Shown in pieces: positions 17,170 through 26,628 of a stretch of DNA of 64,000 nt. Every line of letters begins with the position of its first letter. Position 1 is the first letter of the stretch. The notes under the pieces were generated by a model. That model was not told the DNA's origin. It made no database searches and saw only the letters and a program-made list of their open reading frames with translations. Origin of the DNA: a virus (taxonomy: Duplodnaviria; Heunggongvirae; Uroviricota; Caudoviricetes); the IMG/VR virus record IMGVR_UViG_3300045836_000108, positions 1 through 64,000 of that record; one strand, 5' to 3'. The translations under genes were made by a program, and so were the position numbers.

Positions 17170-19986
17170 TCAGTAAGAGAACAGCGACGTATCGAAGACC
17201 CCCAACGTGTCGTAGGACACGCCGTTGTACTCGATCACCTGCTCACCGGCCACATGGCTGTTGACAAGGTTCGCCATCAAAGTCAGCTGGGCTGTGGAGT
17301 AGCCTGCTGCCTGGTTCTGTACTCCGCCGGTAGCGATGGTTACCGTTTCCTGGGTAGCGCCTGATCCGATCATGAGTTGCTGTCCGCCGGTCAACTCTGA
17401 ACGCACCGGATTGGTGGCGGCGTCAGGCAACGCGTTGATGGTGATGACGTTGGTTCCGGAGGACGCTGCCGTGTTCAGCGTCGTCTTCAACGCCGTAAAC
17501 ACCGCATACGGCAACACCGGAACCGGCGATATCTGAAGATCAACTTTCCAGTTGGCCTGGTCGTCTCCGGTGTGAGTGATCTGTTCAATGAAGCCGTACG
17601 CCGTGATGGTGGACGCGCCGCTGACAGAGCGTCGGTTGATGGCCACATACTGGCCCAGTTCGAACTTCAAAACCGATGGAAACAAGGCCGGGTTAGATGC
17701 CACGTCAATTGTCAATGCGTTCACGCGCATTGATGGGTTCTTGTACCGCGACACCAGGAAGTACGCCTGCTGAAGCACCTCCGTGGAGTCCGCCGACTGG
17801 CTATTGCGCGTCAGGTTGCGCACGCCGTAGTTCTGCTCGCTGGCGGTGTCGAATGCCGTGTACACCAAACCGGAGGTGTTCTGCGTGACCTGCACCAGGT
17901 TGGAGATGTGCGTCGGGTCGTAGTCGAACGACAGGTCAACGTACGGGATCTCCCCGGCGGCCTGATTCTCCCCGAACGTCCACACCGGAGTCGTCACGGA
18001 GAAGCTACGGAACCGCGACTGGAACGTGATGACGCCGCTGGCGTCTACAAAGTGACGCCCGTACTCCGTGTTGACGATGTTTTGTAGACACGTCAGAGCG
18101 TCAATGCCGTTGATGTCGTTGCACGGGCCCATGTTGGTTGTTGAGCCCGTATCGACGTTCTGAGCACCCTGGTAGTTGGCGTACCTTAGAATCCGGGAGT
18201 ACCGCGCCCCCGAACTTTCCCCCTGTGCCGCATTCCGCCAAACGCTGTACAGGTTGCTGATGGTCCCGGCGCTGAGAACCGAGTTCCACTGCGCGTACAT
18301 GCCGAAGTCGCCGATGAAGTTGCTGGAATCGGCCGTGTTGCTGGCGGCGTAGTAGCCGCCGCCGACAGCGTCCGTAGTGTACGGAGGATTGAAGCGGTTG
18401 GCGGTGAACACGGTGCTGACCGTTGTGGAATCGACAGTCAAAGTTGCCGTCTTACCGTCCGACGCCAAAGTGAAAAACACCAGGTGCCAGTTGTTGTCGT
18501 TGACGGCTACGTTGCAGTTGAGAGTCATAGCTGGGTTAATGCCGTCGCTGACAGACGCAGTGACACCCGAGCCGCCCTGGTACAGGAACTCAATCAACGA
18601 CTCAGACGACGTGTCGAAAGCCAAAAGAATGTTGGGGTCCGCGTTGGTGCAGGCCGCAATGGTGGAGTTGGAACCGGCGTTGGAGCGGAACGCGAACATA
18701 CGCGTCCAGCCGGTACCCGCCGGAGGACCAACCGTTGTCAGGCCTGGCGTCAGATTGATGAAGGTCCCTTGACCGGCGGTGCTGTTGTTGAACGTCACCA
18801 CCGGGCCGTCGGCGCCCAAGAACTTACCGGCCGTTGTAGCCGCCGACATGCTGCTACCCGGACTGCAAGAACCGGTGCCAACCGAAGCAAGAACCGCACT
18901 TCCGGTACGTCCCGCCTGCTCAGCAAAGGTAGTGACGCCCGACGTCTCATTCAGCTGGTAAAACCACTGAGGAGACGTCTCCACAACCTCGTTCACAAAC
19001 GCCGTGCTCAACAACGTCTGCGACAGCAAAGCCATCGTGTCCACGCCGATAGGGCTGACAAGGCCGTAGGTGCCCGAGTATCCCCAGCTTTGCGGGTACC
19101 GCTCTACAGCCCCCGACATCATCGAATAGTTGGTGCCCGGGGTAGAGAACGCCGACGCCGCAGCGTTCTGCTCCCACTGGGATCCGTCCACCTGAAGGGT
19201 CCACGGCGACGCGGGCGGAGTCCCTTTCACGGCGACAGCCATCACCGCGTACGCAGAGTTGGCCGGGGGCGCCTGACTGACGTTGATCCGCGTCCACGTC
19301 GCAGTTGGGCTGCCCGTCAACGCGACGGTAGACCCCACGTACTCGCCCAGAAAGTTCTGGTTGATGTCGAAGAACTTGATAGCCGCAGCTACCGACGGGT
19401 TGATGCCGGAGGTGGCGCACCGGACATACGTGGACCAGGTGTACGTGACCGGGAACTGCCCCGACGGCGTCTGGACCTGCTGAAAACGGAACTTAATCAG
19501 GTAGAAGTTCACGGACACAGACGCTGGAACAGCCGCCTGAAGTACCTGGCTCCCCTGGAACGCCGTAGCGGAGGATGCGATAGTGAGCGTAGCCCCGACG
19601 TCGGTACCGATGTTCATCGCAGCCGGGATGGAACCGGGAGCAAAGGGCGTGCCCTCGCCCCCGGTGGCCTGGTCAGCGGTGAGAAGGTTCGCGGACGGCG
19701 GGTACTGCGCCCGCATCCGGTATCCCCGGTACGGCACGATGTTCGGGGAAAACGGAGACGACGTATTGGACGGATCCAGGAAACCGTCCGTGTTGACCCA
19801 CTGCCCCCGGAACTCGGCAGGCTGAACCTGATCCAGCTCAAACTGCTTACCGCGCCGGATAGACCACTGCTTGTACAAGCGCTTGGTCAGGTCTGTCCAC
19901 ACAACCGTGCCGGTGGAGTAGTACGGATTCACAGCAAACGCTGCTTCCGCAAACAGCGTCGGCCAGTTCGGGTTGGGCGTGGACAC
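17170..19986 (-). CDS. Large minor tail protein (938 aa) immediately downstream of tape measure
   Basis: Position after TMP; Thr/Ser/Gly/Asn-rich beta composition. Confidence 0.55.
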   Translation of the reverse strand: MSTPNPNWPTLFAEAAFAVNPYYSTGTVVWTDLTKRLYKQWSIRRGKQFELDQVQPAEFRGQWVNTDGFLDPSNTSSPFSPNIVPYRGYRMRAQYPPSANLLTADQATGGEGTPFAPGSIPAAMNIGTDVGATLTIASSATAFQGSQVLQAAVPASVSVNFYLIKFRFQQVQTPSGQFPVTYTWSTYVRCATSGINPSVAAAIKFFDINQNFLGEYVGSTVALTGSPTATWTRINVSQAPPANSAYAVMAVAVKGTPPASPWTLQVDGSQWEQNAAASAFSTPGTNYSMMSGAVERYPQSWGYSGTYGLVSPIGVDTMALLSQTLLSTAFVNEVVETSPQWFYQLNETSGVTTFAEQAGRTGSAVLASVGTGSCSPGSSMSAATTAGKFLGADGPVVTFNNSTAGQGTFINLTPGLTTVGPPAGTGWTRMFAFRSNAGSNSTIAACTNADPNILLAFDTSSESLIEFLYQGGSGVTASVSDGINPAMTLNCNVAVNDNNWHLVFFTLASDGKTATLTVDSTTVSTVFTANRFNPPYTTDAVGGGYYAASNTADSSNFIGDFGMYAQWNSVLSAGTISNLYSVWRNAAQGESSGARYSRILRYANYQGAQNVDTGSTTNMGPCNDINGIDALTCLQNIVNTEYGRHFVDASGVITFQSRFRSFSVTTPVWTFGENQAAGEIPYVDLSFDYDPTHISNLVQVTQNTSGLVYTAFDTASEQNYGVRNLTRNSQSADSTEVLQQAYFLVSRYKNPSMRVNALTIDVASNPALFPSVLKFELGQYVAINRRSVSGASTITAYGFIEQITHTGDDQANWKVDLQISPVPVLPYAVFTALKTTLNTAASSGTNVITINALPDAATNPVRSELTGGQQLMIGSGATQETVTIATGGVQNQAAGYSTAQLTLMANLVNSHVAGEQVIEYNGVSYDTLGVFDTSLFSY

Positions 19987-19995
19987 GGAGCCTCC

Positions 19996-22900
19996 TTAGC
20001 GCTTGTACGGGGTGTAGGACGTGGAGTACCGGGCGCCCAGCTGAAGCATCTGCGTCTGGATGACGTCCCGCAGGTCCCGCTCCGACAGAACAGAGCCTTG
20101 GACGTTGACGATGATCGTGGGGCCGCCTCCCAGTGTCAGATTGCCGGAGCCGCCCGGAGACGCACCGAAACCGCGCTGCTCATCCAGGGACACCACGTAC
20201 TCTCCGCCGTGCACGATAGCCAGCTGCGGAGCCCCCGGAGGGCCATCCACAAACCCGCCCATGGCGTACGCCTTCAAGTGGCCGCCAGAGCCGTTAGCTC
20301 CGTTAGCCTGCGACGCCACAGACACGGCAGTGTTGGTTTCGTTGCTCATGTCAAGCAGACGACGCATTTTGCCGGTCAGAGTGTCCACGTTGCTGGAAGC
20401 AGCAGCCGTGTTGGCGGTGATGTTGGTGTTGATGTCCTTGGGGATGATGTCCAGCTGATCAATGTAGTCCCGAATGGACTTCCGGGTGGCGTCGGACTGG
20501 CTGGACTGGTTCACCAGCTGGTCAATCTGCTTCTTCAGCTTGTCCGTTGCGTCCTGCGTCGAACCGCTCAACTGCACGTTGGCGTTGTAGTTGTCCAACA
20601 TGGCCTGCACCGCAGCGCGGATAGCGTCACGGTTTGCCATAGCAGCGTCGGAGTCCCCCTTGATGGAGGTGCCGTTGTCCTGAAGAGCTTTGGTGACGTC
20701 CTTGATGCTTTTCTTGAACTCATCCAGGGAACGGTCCGCCGTCAAACCAGCCGACATATCCTGCTGCTGCTGCATCGTGTCGGAGATGCTGTTAGACAAC
20801 CCGGTCATGGCGTCCGTGGTGCTCTGAACCTGCGTCTGCTGGTTAGCCAACGAGTTGGTGGCGTCGTTGGTGGTGCCGATACCCAGCATCTGCTCGGCCT
20901 GCATTTTGTCCAACTCGGCAAAGTACTGCGGGAAGTCCCTAGCCGTGTTGATCAGCGCTTTGCCGTGGTCGTCCGTCACGGACGTGATCTGAGCCATCAG
21001 GTCCTTGGCGCGGTCCAGCTGGCCGTTAGCCGCCAGGTTAGCCAAGCCAGCGTCGTAGTTGGCTAGGGACGCTTTGGCTTTGCCGGTGACCTGGTTAACC
21101 TTGCCCAACTCAACACCCAGCTGAGCCATAGGCTCGATGTTCCTCACGGAGGACCCAGCCAGGTCGTCAAACGACCTTTGCAGGTTAATGACCTCTGTGC
21201 CTTCAAACTTGGTGTTGTCCGCCAACTTCCCGGCCAACGCCTTGTTCAACACGTCCAAGTCTTCAGCGGCATGCCCGAACGCCATAGCGGCATCCTTGGA
21301 GCCGTTCCTAGACCGGATCATCGCCGTGGTGAACTGGTCAACGCTGGCCGTCGCCGAAGCAGCTTTGTCTCCGCTGCTGGAGAACGCTGAGCCCAACAGA
21401 GACACGCCGATAGCCGCCGCTCCCACAAGAGGCACAGCGGCGCCCAGCTTACCCATGAAGCCGCCCAGACCGGAGGCGCCGGTTGCCCCGGCCATTTCCT
21501 CCTGAAGGGTCAACTCCTCCTTGCCCAGGTTCTTCACCGAGTCGGCTGCGTACATCGCCTTCAGCCGGAGCGTGTCGAACATGGTTCCGGATGCGATGGT
21601 TTTGCCGAGGGTCTGGAACATGGTCAATACCGTGCCCAAACCGTTCATCAAGCCGGTGAAGACTTCCAGCGACTTCAGGATGATCAACCGGCCGATCAGG
21701 GCAGGTAGAATCACCTCAGCCAGGAGCTTGATGGTGCCGGAGTGGTCCTTCAGGAAACCGGTCACTGCCTCCACGGCTGGGCCAACAACGTTGGCCATGA
21801 CGATACCGACGGCTTGGAGAGCCAGGAAGAAAGCCCCCGCCAGCAGACCGGCCAGAGGTTGGACAGCGCCCCACAAGTTGGTGACCGATACCCAAGCTTC
21901 CTTCAACACCCGTCCAAAGTTTTGAAGGAACTGGACGATGACGCCCTCAGCCTGGTGAACCGCGTCGGAGTCCAACGCGTCGTGGATGTCGCGTCCCAAG
22001 TCATGCAGTAGAGGACCGGCGGTGCGCTGCACGTAGTCCATGAACTCCATCAGTTTCGGCAGCAGCATCGTGCCGAGCTTGATTGCAGTGGTTTCAATGA
22101 ACTGCCGCGCCTGGTCAATCTTGAAGTTGAAGCCCTGGGTGATAACACCCCAGGTCTCGATGTTGTCCCCGGCGGTTTTGGCGCCGTCGGAGATGTTCTG
22201 CTCATTGGCGGCGAACGTCGCCAGGTTCACGCCGCCGATTTGCAACGCCGTGTTGGTGTCCACGGTGTCGCCCAACACCTTACGCAGAGCGCCAGCGAAC
22301 GTGTCCGCTCCCGGCACGCCGTTGCGCAAAGACTGGTTGAAGCTGTTGGCGTTCTTGTACAACGTCAAGAACTCAGAGCCTTGCGCCTTCAGGTTCTCCG
22401 GCAGCAGGTTCAAGGCGGCTGCGTAGTCCTTGGAGGAGATGGTGCCGTTCATCACCTCATCGGCAAGGTGACGCACCTCAGGCGCCATGTTAGACATCAT
22501 CTGGCTGAGGTTTTGCGACGCCACCTTGGAGGTGTTGAACGTGTTAGCCAGGTAGGTGTTGTCCGGGCCCAGGTGGTTCATGATGGCCTGGTCGATCTCG
22601 CCCATGGTCCCCAGCAGGCCGCGCTGTCCCAGGTGTTCCTTCAGGTCCATCGTGGACAAGCCGAAGGTGGCCATAGCCTTCACAGCCGTAGCGTTCGGAG
22701 ACTGCAACGACGCGATGGTGTGACCAAGCATCTGAGCTGAGTTCTGCGCGGTGTTACCGGCCACGGTCATGTTGGCCTCAGCGGCGGCGACGTCTGCGAA
22801 GCTGATACCGGCCTGAGCTGCCTGCGGCAGGACGGCGCTTAGGGAACCAGCGAAGTCCTCCATCGACATCTTGCCGGAGCCGACGGCCCGGATCATCATG

Positions 22901-23430
22901 TTCATCATCGGCACGGAATACTCCGCGCCCTTGCCCATGTCGTGCAGGGCAGTGGTCAACGCGTCAGCAACGGTGGTGACGTTGGCGCCTTCAGCACGGG
23001 CACCTTCTGCCGCGATCTTCATGACCTTCAGGCCGTTAGCGCCGTGGAAACCCGCAGACTCCACGTAGTACATGGCGTCCGCGAGGGCTTTGCTGGAGGT
23101 GCCGGTCTGAACGGACATGTTCAACAGTCCGTCGGAGACCTGCTTGATGGGTCCGGTCAGCTTCCCGTTAACGACGTTGCCGGTTTCTCCAGCAGACGTC
23201 ACCAGCTTGATCATCGACGCCTGCCAGTCACCGGCCATTTTCACCGAGACAGCAGTGATACCAACAGCGGCCAGGGAAACGATCTTCGCGGCCTTGGTGA
23301 CCGCCTCGCCGATCTTGTCGGCTTTGGCAGAGAAACCCTCCGCCTCGGCACCAGCCTTAGACAAACCCTCCGTGAAGCCCTGCGACACCAACCCGAGCTT
23401 GATGAAAAGGTCGGCAACTTCCGACGCCAC
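19996..23430 (-). CDS. Tape measure protein
   Basis: 1144 aa; Ala/Gly/Leu/Met-rich helical composition; position after chaperone pair. Confidence 0.8.
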   Translation of the reverse strand: MASEVADLFIKLGLVSQGFTEGLSKAGAEAEGFSAKADKIGEAVTKAAKIVSLAAVGITAVSVKMAGDWQASMIKLVTSAGETGNVVNGKLTGPIKQVSDGLLNMSVQTGTSSKALADAMYYVESAGFHGANGLKVMKIAAEGARAEGANVTTVADALTTALHDMGKGAEYSVPMMNMMIRAVGSGKMSMEDFAGSLSAVLPQAAQAGISFADVAAAEANMTVAGNTAQNSAQMLGHTIASLQSPNATAVKAMATFGLSTMDLKEHLGQRGLLGTMGEIDQAIMNHLGPDNTYLANTFNTSKVASQNLSQMMSNMAPEVRHLADEVMNGTISSKDYAAALNLLPENLKAQGSEFLTLYKNANSFNQSLRNGVPGADTFAGALRKVLGDTVDTNTALQIGGVNLATFAANEQNISDGAKTAGDNIETWGVITQGFNFKIDQARQFIETTAIKLGTMLLPKLMEFMDYVQRTAGPLLHDLGRDIHDALDSDAVHQAEGVIVQFLQNFGRVLKEAWVSVTNLWGAVQPLAGLLAGAFFLALQAVGIVMANVVGPAVEAVTGFLKDHSGTIKLLAEVILPALIGRLIILKSLEVFTGLMNGLGTVLTMFQTLGKTIASGTMFDTLRLKAMYAADSVKNLGKEELTLQEEMAGATGASGLGGFMGKLGAAVPLVGAAAIGVSLLGSAFSSSGDKAASATASVDQFTTAMIRSRNGSKDAAMAFGHAAEDLDVLNKALAGKLADNTKFEGTEVINLQRSFDDLAGSSVRNIEPMAQLGVELGKVNQVTGKAKASLANYDAGLANLAANGQLDRAKDLMAQITSVTDDHGKALINTARDFPQYFAELDKMQAEQMLGIGTTNDATNSLANQQTQVQSTTDAMTGLSNSISDTMQQQQDMSAGLTADRSLDEFKKSIKDVTKALQDNGTSIKGDSDAAMANRDAIRAAVQAMLDNYNANVQLSGSTQDATDKLKKQIDQLVNQSSQSDATRKSIRDYIDQLDIIPKDINTNITANTAAASSNVDTLTGKMRRLLDMSNETNTAVSVASQANGANGSGGHLKAYAMGGFVDGPPGAPQLAIVHGGEYVVSLDEQRGFGASPGGSGNLTLGGGPTIIVNVQGSVLSERDLRDVIQTQMLQLGARYSTSYTPYKR

Positions 23431-23439
23431 AGCCGCCTC

Positions 23440-23916
23440 CTACATAATCACGCGCCAGCGGGAGCCGAACGCCTCTTGATAGATGAGCCTTGCGGGAACG
23501 CCCATGGCGAACTTGAACGCAGGGATCAGAAACGGGTACCTGACGCCGTTACGCAACCCGGTCTTCTCCAGGTACATCGCGTACTTGTTGGCTGGTGTCT
23601 TGCTTTTCATGCCGCCGTACGACGGGTAGAAGCCAGTTCCCATGCCGACGTAGCAGGAGAACTCCCCGCCGACAAACTTCACGGGGGTGTGGGTGATAGC
23701 ACGCCGGAGCGTGCCGGAGATGACAGCCGGGCCGGTACCGGGCTTGGCTGGCGTTTTGGTGCCGTACTTGTGGGCGCCGGAGGAGGCGTTGATCTTGGCT
23801 TGTTTCTCCACGACCAACGCCAACTCCGCCAACGCGGCCTTGGCCCGTATCTTCGTTTCCTCGTCCAACTGGACAAAGAGCTTGGCGAACGTTCCCCTAC
23901 GGACCTCAGTGGCCAC
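23440..23916 (-). CDS. Hypothetical tail-module protein between chaperone pair and TMP
   Basis: GTG after AGGAGG RBS; 158 aa. Confidence 0.5.
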   Translation of the reverse strand: MATEVRRGTFAKLFVQLDEETKIRAKAALAELALVVEKQAKINASSGAHKYGTKTPAKPGTGPAVISGTLRRAITHTPVKFVGGEFSCYVGMGTGFYPSYGGMKSKTPANKYAMYLEKTGLRNGVRYPFLIPAFKFAMGVPARLIYQEAFGSRWRVIM

Positions 23917-23921
23917 GGCTA

Positions 23922-24320
23922 CCTCCTGACGCGCGTAACCCCCGGAGCCGCAGTAACATCCGCCCTGGCGTTACGCTCAATACGACGCTTGCGCATGATG
24001 AAGTCCCAGCAGAACTGGCGCACAAACAAAGGCGTGGCCTCGTAGTCCAGCCACGTCCAATGCATCTCCCTCATCAGCTCAAAACACATCCACTCTTCCG
24101 GAGCAGCCCCAGATCCCCAGGTCCCGTCCAGGATCGACTCAACCTCGATCAGGACTTCGGAGAATCCGGGGTCGTCGTAGGGGAATCGGCAACGCGGCCC
24201 ATCTCCTCCATGATCCGGGTGTTCACCATCATCGGCAGATGGGACACCTTCTCCGCCGTCATCGGCAGAGTCAGCAGAGCCTGGTCCTCGGAGACGTCCT
24301 CCGCGTCGTACATCCGCAGG
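23922..24320 (-). other. -1 frame ORF overlapping the 3' third of the chaperone gene and extending ~76 codons beyond its stop (candidate G-T frameshift extension)
   Basis: Manual translation: the -1 frame is open from 24320 to the stop at 23919-23921 (coordinate 23922 is inside the stop; the open frame starts at 23922), with no start codon near its beginning; classic G/T arrangement. Confidence 0.4.
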
Positions 24321-24532
24321 TCAGTAATGAGACGCGCGACACGCTCATAGCTTTCCTGCATCGCCGCATCCTCGTCCAGAGGACGTCCGTCCGGGCCGGT
24401 AGCCAGCCGGGACCGCAGCCACTCCAGAGGGACCAGTTTGGGGTTGCGGAAAGTGACGTACAGCTCCGGCTCGCCCTCCTCCGTCAGCTCCGGGAACGTG
24501 ACCGTGATGAAACGGTCTTTGAGACCAGCCAT
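24149..24532 (-). CDS. Tail assembly chaperone (G-like)
   Basis: ATG 5 nt after GGAGGA RBS at 24532; 127 aa, acidic; between major tail protein and TMP. Confidence 0.55.
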   Translation of the reverse strand: MAGLKDRFITVTFPELTEEGEPELYVTFRNPKLVPLEWLRSRLATGPDGRPLDEDAAMQESYERVARLITDLRMYDAEDVSEDQALLTLPMTAEKVSHLPMMVNTRIMEEMGRVADSPTTTPDSPKS

Positions 24533-24656
24533 TGAGTCCTCCGATGTGAGGTTGATGTTCAACGGCCAGGTTAGATCCAAAAAGGGGCCCCCCGCCAACA
24601 TCTGGCTGTGCAAATGCTGACGGGGGGCACGACCGTTGTAGCCGCAGCGCACGGGC

Positions 24657-25835
24657 TTAGTAGGCGGTAGACACGTAGTTCGTGACAGTGGCGGAGATTG
24701 CCCCACCGTCGGTGGAGTTGTAGATACCCGACAGGGAGAAGTCCGCCGACACGTACACCGTGGACAAGTCCACCTTGCCCTTGTACCAGCCCGACTTGTT
24801 GGTGGTGAGGGTGATCACCGAGCCTCCGGACGTCACCGGCTGCGTAATGGTTGCTGTTGCCGGAAGCTGCGTGTAGTTCAGGTACAGGTTCAGGTCGGTG
24901 TCGTTCTCAAAGATTGCCTTGTACGTGCCGTCCGCCTCCAAGACACCCTGGAACACCTCGCGAGGGTTCTGGGTGCCGTTGGAGGCGTGGATAGCATCGG
25001 CCGGACGCTTGATCGTCAAGTCGTACGTCAGGCCGCGCGTGGACGACGCACCCGCGTTGGTCATCGTCCACTGCCAGCCCAAACCGGGGATGGCGGAGGA
25101 GAACGCGGGCACCGGGTCAGTCTGTTCAGCGGACAGCCAGCCGGTGTACTTGACCGAGAAAGTCATCACGGCCTTGGGGTCGATCTTGATGGCGCACTCG
25201 GAGATCTTGCAACCCGGGAAGCCGCGCGTATGGCTGGAAGTGGCGTTAGTAGCCACGTCGTACTTGGTCAAACTCCACGACGTCTGCGGCGCCGTGGGGT
25301 TCTGCTTGAACGTGTGCGTTGACTGGGACGTCACCGAACCGCCAGCGGCGGTGTGCGCGTACAACGTGCCGGTGGACGGGGTGGTAATCGGAGCCGTGTA
25401 CGGGCCGGTACCAGTGACGGTGCCGACCTGCACATACTCAGTGTTGGCTCCAGCAGCGTCCTGGAGCCGGATTACCGAGTTGGAAGGCACCGACGCCGTC
25501 AACGACAGCGACGTCGCACCCTGGGAGCAGTTTGACGCCAACGTGGTGCTGACACCGACGGTGGTTACAGTGTCCGGGCCGATGATCCCCCGCAGCAGGT
25601 AAGGGATAGCGTCCGGGTACGCCATGACGTCAATGGAGAACGTGGAATCACCCGGACCCTGGTACAGGCCCTGTACCAGGGTGTCGTTGTTGCGGTACGA
25701 CTCGTCACGCAACTCAACGTACACGTCCTCCGCATCGATCTTGGTGCACGGGATGTAAAACGCAGGCGTGACGTAGGTTCCCTGCGTCACCTCCTTGGCG
25801 ATGCCCACATACCCGAGCTTCGCAAGAGAAGTCAC
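24657..25835 (-). CDS. Major tail protein candidate
   Basis: 392 aa Thr/Ser/Gly-rich; immediately upstream of chaperone pair. Confidence 0.5.
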   Translation of the reverse strand: MTSLAKLGYVGIAKEVTQGTYVTPAFYIPCTKIDAEDVYVELRDESYRNNDTLVQGLYQGPGDSTFSIDVMAYPDAIPYLLRGIIGPDTVTTVGVSTTLASNCSQGATSLSLTASVPSNSVIRLQDAAGANTEYVQVGTVTGTGPYTAPITTPSTGTLYAHTAAGGSVTSQSTHTFKQNPTAPQTSWSLTKYDVATNATSSHTRGFPGCKISECAIKIDPKAVMTFSVKYTGWLSAEQTDPVPAFSSAIPGLGWQWTMTNAGASSTRGLTYDLTIKRPADAIHASNGTQNPREVFQGVLEADGTYKAIFENDTDLNLYLNYTQLPATATITQPVTSGGSVITLTTNKSGWYKGKVDLSTVYVSADFSLSGIYNSTDGGAISATVTNYVSTAY

Positions 25836-26062
25836 TGCGGCTCACCTTCCTTCTTGTCAGCCGCCACAGCGGCGATCTTGCGCTTGGACTTGGAAGGCTC
25901 CGCCTCCTCCGGGGATTCGTCCTCCGGAACAGGCGTGAAACCGCCAATGAGGGTGGGATAGTCAATCTCCTCGCCTACGCCCACCGTGCGGGGCTCCAGG
26001 TCCGGATACATTTCGGTACGAGGAATGTTCTGCTCATAGCCGGTGTCGTTGCGCTGCCACAC
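25832..26062 (-). CDS. Small acidic hypothetical protein (76 aa)
   Basis: Coupled ORF; acidic C-terminal half. Confidence 0.4.
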   Translation of the reverse strand: MWQRNDTGYEQNIPRTEMYPDLEPRTVGVGEEIDYPTLIGGFTPVPEDESPEEAEPSKSKRKIAAVAADKKEGEPQ

Positions 26063-26073
26063 AGGTAACCCCT

Positions 26074-26619
26074 TTAGTCAGTGAAGTCACGGTCATCTGC
26101 CGCGTACAGGACCGTTGCCTGAAAGTCCAAGCCAGCCGTGATCGTCGTGTCCGCCTCCACAAACTCCACGCGGATACCGCCCCGGGTACCAGTCACCGAC
26201 GAGCCCTCAGCAGCCTGAAGGAACGCTCCGCCATGGGTCTTGTCAGCCCCGCCAGGCTGGTTCATACCGACACCACGGATACGCATCAGAAGCGCGTTGA
26301 TGGCCACATCAAAGGCGCGCTGGTCGTTTTCCGCGTTACCCGACTGGTTAGACATCGGCCAACGCAACCTCAACGCAAAGTCGTAGGCGGCGATGGTGCG
26401 GTTGAACCCGTACCGCTCCACGTTGATGCCCTGACGGGTCACGTAGATCTGGCTTTTCCGCTGAGCCGGAGTACGCGGCAGGTACGCCTGCACAATGTCC
26501 CAAGGTCCGCCGTCCGCTGTCAGCAGAGACGGCAGACCGTCAGTGGAGGTACCGGGAGCGGCTAGCCACCGGGCTTCCCGGTCACAAGCATCAGCAGTCG
26601 TCTGAAACGTACCCGGCAT
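26074..26619 (-). CDS. Hypothetical head-tail joining/tail terminator candidate
   Basis: 181 aa; position between connector genes and major tail protein. Confidence 0.45.
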   Translation of the reverse strand: MPGTFQTTADACDREARWLAAPGTSTDGLPSLLTADGGPWDIVQAYLPRTPAQRKSQIYVTRQGINVERYGFNRTIAAYDFALRLRWPMSNQSGNAENDQRAFDVAINALLMRIRGVGMNQPGGADKTHGGAFLQAAEGSSVTGTRGGIRVEFVEADTTITAGLDFQATVLYAADDRDFTD

Positions 26620-26628
26620 ATGTCCTCC

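Noticed and set aside
18484-21066. 860-aa plus-strand ORF across the minor tail and tape measure genes
   Set aside because: Antisense to two well-supported late genes. The translation is Arg/Gly-rich junk. Long spurious ORFs are expected at about 64% GC.
24149-24320. Canonical X-XXY-YYZ slippery heptamer for the G/T frameshift
   Set aside because: No canonical heptamer in the overlap, so the frameshift call rests only on ORF geometry.
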